Part shown: one piece after another, positions 33,274 to 40,181 of the stretch
Position numbering within the stretch: position 1 is the first letter of the stretch
Layout: each line of letters begins with the position of its first letter
From: an uncultured SAR116 cluster alpha proteobacterium
Lineage (GTDB): Bacteria; Pseudomonadota; Alphaproteobacteria; Puniceispirillales; Marisalimonadaceae
Length of the DNA stretch: 64,000 nt
Direction: 5' to 3'
Assembly: GCA_902548635.1 (NCBI GenBank)
Contig: CACCSH010000005.1
Location: 9,398 to 73,397 of the forward strand
Translations under genes and position numbers: made by a program
Notes under the pieces: model-generated
What the model was told of the DNA's origin: nothing
Seen by the model: the letters and a program-made list of their open reading frames with translations, nothing else
Databases searched by the model: none

Positions 33274-33842
33274 TCAAATACATAAAGAAATTTGTATAAA
33301 AGATTTTCTGCGTAATTATTATCGAAATACTGTGGAACTTCAAAGATTGCTTGTCTTCCATAAATCTTATAAATAGGTACAATTTCTTCAACAATATGAT
33401 AATAGGGTCTATTATTATAATCATCGAATATTATTATACTATTTCTTTTTGCATTTATTAAACTATAAAGGAAACAAGCAACTCTGAATCTACCATCAAT
33501 AAGAATTACATCAGCCTTTTCATTAAAGTTCCAAACATTACTAATATAATCTATAAATTGGTGTCTATATTTATAAGATTTAGGTCTACCCCAATTTTCT
33601 AAATCACCTAAATTTATCCAATTTAATTTAATTCTAGAACCTGTATTAGAAACATCAATTGTGTTTATCCATTTTTTGTCTGTATCAACAGATATTATCT
33701 TTGATTTTGTATTTTCTAAAACCCAGCGAGTTGATGCTCCTACACCATACTCAAAATAAATATTACAGTTTTTTAAATATTGTTTGAAAAGATAGTCATC
33801 TCCATCAAAAAGAATGATTTCTTCCTCTTGCTTTTTTGACAT
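33270..33842 (-). CDS. Class I SAM-methyltransferase-like hypothetical protein
   Basis: YFEYGVGAST, VILIDGRFRVAC, IIFDDY. Confidence 0.65.
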   Translation of the reverse strand: MSKKQEEEIILFDGDDYLFKQYLKNCNIYFEYGVGASTRWVLENTKSKIISVDTDKKWINTIDVSNTGSRIKLNWINLGDLENWGRPKSYKYRHQFIDYISNVWNFNEKADVILIDGRFRVACFLYSLINAKRNSIIIFDDYNNRPYYHIVEEIVPIYKIYGRQAIFEVPQYFDNNYAENLLYKFLYVFD

Positions 33843-33976
33843 TATTTATTAAAATCTCTTATTATCGCAAAAAAATTAAACCAATATAAACGTAATTTTC
33901 CTGTGAAAGTTTTATTTGTTTTAAGCTTATTATACTTTTCAATACCACAAGCTGTTTTAATTCTAAATTTTTTCAT
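33842..33976 (-). CDS. 44-aa basic small protein (below the ORF-track cutoff)
   Basis: MKKFRIKTACGIEKYNKLKTNKTFTGKLRLYWFNFFAIIRDFNK*; its TAA overlaps the next ATG (TAATG). Confidence 0.6.
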   Translation of the reverse strand: MKKFRIKTACGIEKYNKLKTNKTFTGKLRLYWFNFFAIIRDFNK

Positions 33977-34028
33977 ATATTTTACAAATCAATAAATTAA
34001 ATTGTTTTAATAACATATAAAAATTAAT

Positions 34029-34670
34029 TTATGATGTTTTTTTATGAAAAAATACTATGTTTTTAGATGGGAAGGTTATTTTCCAATTTCTTTGAGATGC
34101 TATAACTTTAAAAGTAATTTTTTTATAAAAAACCACATGGGTTGGATCACGTCTATAGTGCCAATTCTTAAATAACTTATCATCAGTCATAAATGATGTC
34201 ATGACCGCAAACCAAGAATTGCTTGCAAGCAATTCATCAATTTTATCAAACTCTTTATGAGGTTTAAAGAAGTGCTCAACAACTTCTGAACAGGTAATAA
34301 AATTAAATTTTCTAAAAGAAAAATCTACATTTTTAAAAAAAAATGGATCATATAATTCTATATTAAATCCCATCTTCTTAAAAATATCTGCTAAAGCTGG
34401 AGCATAACCACATCCATAATCCAGACCTAAATCATTAATAGAAATCTTATCTTTAAGTGGGCCAATAAGATTAAATAGAAAATCTCTATAGCGAGTATCA
34501 TCAACTTCGTTATTGTGTTTTAAATAATGTTTCTTTTCTTTACTACCTGAAATATGATGAATAGGATCTAAAATAGTTGCTTTACAAAGCTTACATCGCC
34601 AGTAGTCTAAGTTTTTTATTTTGAGAAAAAACTCTACTTTATTATTCTTACAGACTGTGCATATTTTCAT
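34029..34670 (-). CDS. Class I SAM methyltransferase with N-terminal zinc ribbon
   Basis: CTVC...CKLC, LDYGCG, YDPFF, EVVEH, WHYRRDPTHVVFY. Confidence 0.85.
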   Translation of the reverse strand: MKICTVCKNNKVEFFLKIKNLDYWRCKLCKATILDPIHHISGSKEKKHYLKHNNEVDDTRYRDFLFNLIGPLKDKISINDLGLDYGCGYAPALADIFKKMGFNIELYDPFFFKNVDFSFRKFNFITCSEVVEHFFKPHKEFDKIDELLASNSWFAVMTSFMTDDKLFKNWHYRRDPTHVVFYKKITFKVIASQRNWKITFPSKNIVFFHKKTS

Positions 34671-34746
34671 TATGTAAACCCATAAACAATATCTATGAAC
34701 TATAATAATATTAAGGAAATTTAAATGATAATAAAAGGTGATTTAA

Positions 34747-35232
34747 TTGAGAAAAATAATCAATAAAAACAATTTGTTAGATAAAAGTGAAAAATTATTT
34801 ATTATAATCGGTTTATTAGGTTTATTACCTTTTATCATAGGCTTACTTGATTTATTGATTAATAAAAATAATTTATTCTTTGTAGTTCATCTACCAAAAT
34901 ATTATGGATCTATTATTTTAACATTTTTAGGTGCAATATATTGGGGGGCCATTTTGAATTTAGCTAAGAAAAGTTATGTTTCTGATCGAATTAAATTTTT
35001 TATTATAATTTGGTCAGTTATCCCATCAATTTTGGCAATTACTATTCTAGCTATAACAAATAATTTCAGCCTTTTGTTACTATCTATGGGTTTCTTATTA
35101 TGTCAATTAATCGACGAAATATATAATAAATATTTGTCATTTCCAAGCTGGTATTTACATCTCAGACGCGTATTAACATTATTTGTAGTTGTTATTTTGA
35201 TATATTCATATTTTATAATTGAAACTCCATGA
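34747..35232 (+). CDS. DUF3429-like membrane protein
   Basis: GLLGLLPF, YGSIILTFLGAIYWG, PSWYLHLRRVLT. Confidence 0.8.
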   Translation: MRKIINKNNLLDKSEKLFIIIGLLGLLPFIIGLLDLLINKNNLFFVVHLPKYYGSIILTFLGAIYWGAILNLAKKSYVSDRIKFFIIIWSVIPSILAITILAITNNFSLLLLSMGFLLCQLIDEIYNKYLSFPSWYLHLRRVLTLFVVVILIYSYFIIETP

Positions 35233-36386
35233 GAAATTTAATGACTTATTTTCCTGTTAAAAAATCAGAAGTGATGATGAATTTAAATAATTTCAGTCAA
35301 AATGAACTTCAAAATTATGCGTCTAAAAGGAATTTTGATTATGGGTCACCTCATCATAATGTATCAAAAATTTCTCCTTATCTAAGAAGAAGATTTATAA
35401 GTGAAGAAGAAATTTTAGGGATAGTCCTTAAATATCATAAGATTAATGAAATAGAAAAATTTATAGAAGAAATTTTTTGGAGGACATATTGGAGAGGTTG
35501 GCTTGAAAGTCATCCATGGATTTATGATCAATATAAGATGTATGATGAAGGTCAGTTTATTCCTAAGAAAACAGGTATAAAATGTTTTGAACATTGGAAG
35601 GAAGAATTATTAGATACTGGATATCTTCATAATCATTCACGTATGTGGTTTGCTAGTATTTGGATCTTTACTTTAGGCTATAGTTGGCAATCCGGAGCTA
35701 ATTTTTTTAAAAACAACCTACTTGATTATTGTCCTGCCTCAAACACTTTAGGATGGAGATGGGTAGCAGGATTACAAACAATCGGAAAACCTTATATAGC
35801 TAGAGCAGATAATATAAAATTCTTTACAAATAATAGATTTTATCCCCAAAATCAATTAAAAGAAAATCACATTTTAAATAATCAAAATTTTACAAATGGT
35901 AAGCCAAAAGATTTTATAAAATCTGATGAAAAAAAATTAATGAAATATGAAAATTTAGGTATTATCTTAAATAACAATGATTTGTCTTTACACCAACTAT
36001 TAAAAGAAAAAGAAATGGTATTTGAATGTTGTTTACTTAATAAAGAGCACAAAAATATTTTGATTAATAATTTTCAAAAAAAAATATGTGAAGATGTTAA
36101 AAATAATGACCCAAATGTTGTGTCTGTAAATAATTTTCAGGATATTTATAAATGGTTAAAAGACAAAAATATAAAAAATTTGATTTTACCATATGAAACA
36201 GTTGGAAATAAAGTGTTCTATGAAAGTGACTTTTTAAAAACTATTACAAATTTAGAAGTCAAATATACCTTTTATTTAAGAGAATGGGACGGTAATGCTT
36301 TCCAACACGCAACAAAAGGTTTTTTTAATTTTAAAAAGAATATTAGTACTTTACTAAATCAAGCGAATATAAAAAATAGAATTTAG
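35229..36386 (+). CDS. Photolyase/cryptochrome-family protein with N-terminal FAD domain
   Basis: VSKISPYLR, KFIEEIFWRTYW, TGYLHNHSRMWFASIW, LLDYCPASNTLGWRWVAG in the first ~200 aa; C-terminal ATKGFFNFKK. Confidence 0.88.
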   Translation: MRNLMTYFPVKKSEVMMNLNNFSQNELQNYASKRNFDYGSPHHNVSKISPYLRRRFISEEEILGIVLKYHKINEIEKFIEEIFWRTYWRGWLESHPWIYDQYKMYDEGQFIPKKTGIKCFEHWKEELLDTGYLHNHSRMWFASIWIFTLGYSWQSGANFFKNNLLDYCPASNTLGWRWVAGLQTIGKPYIARADNIKFFTNNRFYPQNQLKENHILNNQNFTNGKPKDFIKSDEKKLMKYENLGIILNNNDLSLHQLLKEKEMVFECCLLNKEHKNILINNFQKKICEDVKNNDPNVVSVNNFQDIYKWLKDKNIKNLILPYETVGNKVFYESDFLKTITNLEVKYTFYLREWDGNAFQHATKGFFNFKKNISTLLNQANIKNRI

Positions 36387-36408
36387 TTATTATTTTTAAA
36401 GATATAAA

Positions 36409-36681
36409 TTACTTTCCTGGTTTAGCTCTATAAAAAACTTTAATGAAACGTATTTGATGCACTAATTCTGCTTTTAGTTTTTGTTGTATTTTTAATACAT
36501 AGATTTAACGCTCATTTTTATTGCCACCCCTAATAAGAATTTTTATGAGTTCATGAGAAACATCAATTTCAGTAAGAACAGCATTAGTAAGACCATTTTT
36601 ACCAACCATGATAACAGGTTAAAGTGAGTAACCTTTTTTTCGTAATATTTTCTATTCAATATTTGAAAGATTTTTTTTCAT
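36409..36681 (-). pseudogene. yhbY: YhbY/CRM ribosome-assembly RNA-binding protein pseudogene
   Basis: MKKNLSNIE*KILRKKGYSL*PVIMVGKNGLTNAVLTEIDVSHELIKILIRGGNKNER*IYVLKIQQKLKAELVHQIRFIKVFYRAKPGK*; three in-frame stops. Confidence 0.88.
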
Positions 36682-36766
36682 AATATTTATCTAATAAGCT
36701 TAACAGATTTTTCTTAAAAAGAAATAGTAGCAAACTTATATTTAATTGAATAATTAAAGTAATATA

Positions 36767-36794
36767 TTGACATATACATATTATTACATATAAT
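36767..36794 (+). promoter_or_regulatory. Consensus sigma70 promoter TTGACA-N16-TATAAT for the XRE gene
   Basis: TTGACA 36767-72, TATAAT 36789-94, ATG at 36803. Confidence 0.7.
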
Positions 36795-36802
36795 GTATTA
36801 AT

Positions 36803-37213
36803 ATGATAAAAAAATCTAAATTAACAAATCCGCTTGAAAGAAGAAGAGCTCAATTAGGATACAGTCAGCAAGATATGTCTGAACTTCTTGGTATTACTCA
36901 ATCGCAATATTCTAGAATTGAAAAAGGCAAAACTGATGTTAATAAACATATTAAGAAATTATCAAAAATATTTAGCTGTGAACCTAATGAAGTTTTTCAG
37001 GGAAAAATACTAAGGGAAATAGACGATGATTTTCTGAACAATCAAACTAATTCTTTTCAAAGGATTTACCACGATAGAAAACCAGGTTTTGTGAATTTAA
37101 AAATTGAAGGTTGGTTCACAAAGAAACAAATAAGCAAAAATTATGAAATGCTTATTAAAGAATTTGATGAGTGGAAGATTAATGAAAATGGAATTAGATG
37201 GAAATATAAATAA
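36803..37213 (+). CDS. XRE/Cro-C1 HTH transcriptional regulator
   Basis: RRAQLGYSQQDMSELLGITQSQYSRIEKG. Confidence 0.88.
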   Translation: MIKKSKLTNPLERRRAQLGYSQQDMSELLGITQSQYSRIEKGKTDVNKHIKKLSKIFSCEPNEVFQGKILREIDDDFLNNQTNSFQRIYHDRKPGFVNLKIEGWFTKKQISKNYEMLIKEFDEWKINENGIRWKYK

Positions 37214-37236
37214 AGATAATTATTTTTTTTACTTAT

Positions 37237-37740
37237 TCAAATTTTATTCTTGTTAAGTTTCTTATCATAATAGGTTTGATATTTTTCAGATAATACATTC
37301 ATATTTTTAAAAAAATCAATCTCTGAATATGCTTTACAGCTTCTACGATTAAATATTTTAGTTTTTGTTATGTTCATTTTGCTCAATATTAACGTTTTCC
37401 TATCTAATACGTATGCATAAATATTTAGACTATCTTTATAAGTCCACTTAATTTCGTTTAGGTCGAGATTAAATCTTTTTTTCTTTCTCAGACTGGTTTG
37501 AAGGTTCTCACTCACTTTTATATTATCTCCAATTTTGCTTAAATAATATATTGCTACTTTATTTGTTTTGAAATGAAATCCAATTTCAGTAGGTTTTTTA
37601 TTAGCTAAGTATGAAGAAGGATCTAAATGCCTTACCTTACAATCTAAGCATTCACAGATTATTCCTTTACCATCAACACTTCCAAAAGAAGGTAAAGAGT
37701 AGAATAAAAATATAATTGTTGTGGATATAAGTTTTATCAT
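37237..37740 (-). CDS. Hypothetical secreted protein with CxCxxC motif
   Basis: N-terminal signal-like peptide, GIICECLDC, later Cys, ends NKI. Confidence 0.7.
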   Translation of the reverse strand: MIKLISTTIIFLFYSLPSFGSVDGKGIICECLDCKVRHLDPSSYLANKKPTEIGFHFKTNKVAIYYLSKIGDNIKVSENLQTSLRKKKRFNLDLNEIKWTYKDSLNIYAYVLDRKTLILSKMNITKTKIFNRRSCKAYSEIDFFKNMNVLSEKYQTYYDKKLNKNKI

Positions 37741-37882
37741 ATTAATTAAATAATGAGAGAAACTGAGAATACAATATAAACTCTATAATTAATAAAAAAT
37801 AATGATATCTCCAAAATTTCTATTTGTCTAACACATATTCAATATCACTTTTACTGATACTAAAACTAATTGAATGGTTATA

Positions 37883-38205
37883 TTATATTATTTTTAATTT
37901 AATTCTCAAGTTTTCATTTTTAGGTTTATTTCTTATACTTTCTTTTATTAGAAATCTTTTTCTTTTTAAGAATAGAAAATACATGAGTGTTTTTTTGTCC
38001 GTCCTCTGGTTGTTTAGTATCCATGTTCATTTAACCAATAAGAATTCATTCTATAACCCATTCCAGAGTCATGGAGAGACTTAATGCAGTCGTGCAGTTC
38101 CTCTTGTTCTGGAGTGTATTTCTCATTCTGTTTGTAGACAAACTGGTTTTTTTTTCACGGAAACACAAAAACAAAGATAATAAGAAAACTTGGGGTTTTT
38201 TATTT
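37883..38205 (-). pseudogene. Decayed paralogue of the 115-aa Recombinase-domain gene
   Basis: Reconstructed KNPKFSYYLCFCVSVKK/NQFVYKQNEKYTPEQEELHDCIKSLHDSGMGYRMNSYWLNEHGY*TTRG/KNTHVFSILKKKK.../PKNENLRIKLKII*; frameshifts and stops; colinear with 38386-38733. Confidence 0.85.
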
Positions 38206-38218
38206 CTTCAGATATAAA

Positions 38219-38392
38219 TTAATTTAATAAATTTTTAAATATCACTTTTTCAGATTTTAATTTTTGTATTTGTGCTGTAGTCATCCAACAAGAAAGATAG
38301 TATGTGCTGTTTGAAATATTTTTTCCTAGATCTGTAGTTGATATTTGATTTATGTTAGGTTGAGGTAGATTAATTTCAATACTATTTAACAT
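38219..38392 (-). CDS. 57-aa hypothetical ORF overlapping the stop of the Recombinase-domain gene
   Basis: MLNSIEINLPQPNINQISTTDLGKNISNSTYYLSCWMTTAQIQKLKSEKVIFKNLLN*; ATGTTAA overlap. Confidence 0.4.
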   Translation of the reverse strand: MLNSIEINLPQPNINQISTTDLGKNISNSTYYLSCWMTTAQIQKLKSEKVIFKNLLN

Positions 38393-38733
38393 ACTCTAAT
38401 TCGTTTCAACTCTAGTCTGAAATTTTGAATTGTGGGTTCAAATCTCTTCGCCATTCTTTCATCAGCAATTTGTTTTTTCTTAAGAATGGAAAAGACATGA
38501 GTATTTTTAAACTCATGTCCTCTAGGTGTTTTGTATCCATGTTTATTCAACCAAGAGGAAATCCTGCGATAACCCAGTCCAAAATTGTGTTTTTCTCTAA
38601 TAATTTCCCACAGTTCTTGTTGGTAAGTAGAATGTCTAATTTTGTTGAGATGTGATGCCTTAATTCTAACTGTAAATGAAATAAAAACTTGAATATTAGG
38701 GTTGTCTAAATACCACCTAACCCCATCATTCAA
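38386..38733 (-). CDS. Stand-alone large-serine-recombinase 'Recombinase' (PF07508-like) DNA-binding domain protein, no catalytic domain
   Basis: GLGYRRISSWLNKHGYKTPRGHEFKNTHVFSILKK fits the G-x4-I-x3-LN-x2-G-x2-T-x-RG-x2-W/F-x4-V-x2-IL pattern; TTG start lies inside the att-like core. Confidence 0.72.
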   Translation of the reverse strand: MNDGVRWYLDNPNIQVFISFTVRIKASHLNKIRHSTYQQELWEIIREKHNFGLGYRRISSWLNKHGYKTPRGHEFKNTHVFSILKKKQIADERMAKRFEPTIQNFRLELKRIRVC

Positions 38734-38743
38734 CAGTTACCGA
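38726..38743 (-). repeat. Second copy of the glmS tail (TCG GTA ACT GTT GAA TGA = SVTVE*), putative att junction
   Basis: glmS ends TCA GTC ACA GTA GAG TAG; the five sense codons differ only at wobble positions. Confidence 0.85.
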
Positions 38744-38751
38744 TTGGATTT

Positions 38752-38765
38752 AACTTACAATTTAA
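38752..38765 (+). repeat. 14-bp inverted repeat, distal arm (AACTTACAATTTAA)
   Basis: Exact reverse complement of 40164-40177. Confidence 0.92.
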
Positions 38766-38785
38766 TATGACCCTAAATTTTTTAT

Positions 38786-39937
38786 TTAGAAATTCTGAGA
38801 CTTAACTAATTTTTTTAAAATTATTTTTTCTAATTTGTGATAATCATAATTCTTTCTAATGGAATTTGTTAATAGAACAGACCCGCTATCCAAATTAACG
38901 ATCATTATTTGTCCACCATGACCTCTTAAAGCAAGATGTTTAAATTTTAAACTTTCATTTCCCATCCAAAAAAAGGCGCCATACCTTCTAAAATCTTTTG
39001 CTTTTCGTTTTTTTGATGAAACACTCTCATCAATTATTTTTTTTAAATAATTTGAAATGCAAGAGTTTGAATTATAATCTTCATATATTAATTTACCAAA
39101 CTTCAAATAATCTTTTCTACTTGAATACATAAAAGCAAAGAATATAGTCCAATCATTTTTATCTCTTAAAAAAATTACGTTGTTGTTGAAACCTGCTCGA
39201 TCAACTATTTTCTTTTTAAAGTAATTACCAATACCATCTGGTAAACTTTTATCCAAGGCAGTTGCTGCAATGTCTGTTAAAATATTTGAATAGTAAAATT
39301 CGTTTTTACTTTTATTTTTTTTATTTGTTTTTTTTAATAAATCCAAAATAGGTATTTTATCAGTTAATACTGGAGCAGCGTATGACATAGATGTTTTGGA
39401 TTTATACCCTCCTTCTTTAAAATAATTCTTATCTCCAGCGGACATATTGATTATTTGTCTAATCGTCGCTCCCTCATAAACAGTGCCCACAGTATCTTTC
39501 AAATACAACTGTATTTGATCATCAATAGATTTAATATAATTATCACAAATTGCGTGACCAATTAAGTAACCAACGTAACTTTTTGCCATGGACATGCTAT
39601 ACATTAATGTATTTTCATTCATTTTATTTTGTGAAATTTCATTAATTTCTATTTCGGAACCATTAAAATATAAAACACTTAACAAATCACTATTTGAAAT
39701 GATTTTTTTTATCTTATTATTAGGTTTTGATATATCCTTAAACTGAATTGGATTGGAAGATTTAGATATGATTTCATTTTTAAAAGATCTTTTTAACTTA
39801 CCAAGTCTATATTCGTGAACAGCAATTGCTTGCTTATTATTTTTTTTTAATTGATGGTCTGAGAATGAGTAAGAGGAATAGAATAAAAGTGATATTAAAA
39901 TAACAAGTTTTAATAGACTATGCACGAGAAACTCCAT
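38786..39937 (-). CDS. Secreted serine hydrolase, beta-lactamase/AmpC-like family
   Basis: Signal peptide, SMAKS (SxxK), YSN (YxN), LINMSAG-like segment, GHGGQ. Confidence 0.85.
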   Translation of the reverse strand: MEFLVHSLLKLVILISLLFYSSYSFSDHQLKKNNKQAIAVHEYRLGKLKRSFKNEIISKSSNPIQFKDISKPNNKIKKIISNSDLLSVLYFNGSEIEINEISQNKMNENTLMYSMSMAKSYVGYLIGHAICDNYIKSIDDQIQLYLKDTVGTVYEGATIRQIINMSAGDKNYFKEGGYKSKTSMSYAAPVLTDKIPILDLLKKTNKKNKSKNEFYYSNILTDIAATALDKSLPDGIGNYFKKKIVDRAGFNNNVIFLRDKNDWTIFFAFMYSSRKDYLKFGKLIYEDYNSNSCISNYLKKIIDESVSSKKRKAKDFRRYGAFFWMGNESLKFKHLALRGHGGQIMIVNLDSGSVLLTNSIRKNYDYHKLEKIILKKLVKSQNF

Positions 39938-39976
39938 ATTAGTTAATATGTTAAATATTTGAGATAAAAAAATTTG

Positions 39977-40160
39977 TCAATTCATTTTATACATTTTAGG
40001 GATTATGTTTATTTTTTGAACTATGATCTCAACATCTATTTTATTTAGTTGTCTCATAGTTTTAAGAACAGATTTTTTTTAGAATAATTGTCATTTAGAT
40101 AATGAACTAGAGCGTTGGTTCTATGTTTAACAGTAAAACAAATATAGGTAATATACTTGT
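39977..40160 (-). pseudogene. Internally deleted remnant of the same Recombinase-domain gene family
   Basis: YICFTVKHRTNALVHYLNDNYS aligns with YLCFCVSVKKNQFVYKQNEKYT of the 37883-38205 copy; then SVLK in another frame. Confidence 0.55.
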
Positions 40161-40163
40161 TTG

Positions 40164-40177
40164 TTAAATTGTAAGTT
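40164..40177 (-). repeat. 14-bp inverted repeat, glmS-proximal arm
   Basis: TTAAATTGTAAGTT on +; begins 4 nt after the glmS TAG. Confidence 0.92.
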
Positions 40178-40181
40178 GAGA

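Noticed and set aside
36409-36681. Stop-codon reassignment or readthrough in yhbY
   Set aside because: TAA and TAG terminate genes normally throughout the window; additional decay (deletion, substitutions) favours a pseudogene.
37824-38084. 86-aa plus-strand ORF from the track
   Set aside because: Antisense shadow of the decayed Recombinase-domain paralogue; the same applies to 38425-38655.
38354-38360. GTTAGGT as the partner arm for a second cassette
   Set aside because: Only 7 bp match to the arm predicted after 38726, and no SVTVE-like core at the expected distance.
38752-40177. IS/MITE interpretation of the 14-bp inverted repeats
   Set aside because: No transposase and no direct repeat immediately outside the IRs; IR spacing is instead symmetric about the shared AC of the glmS tails.
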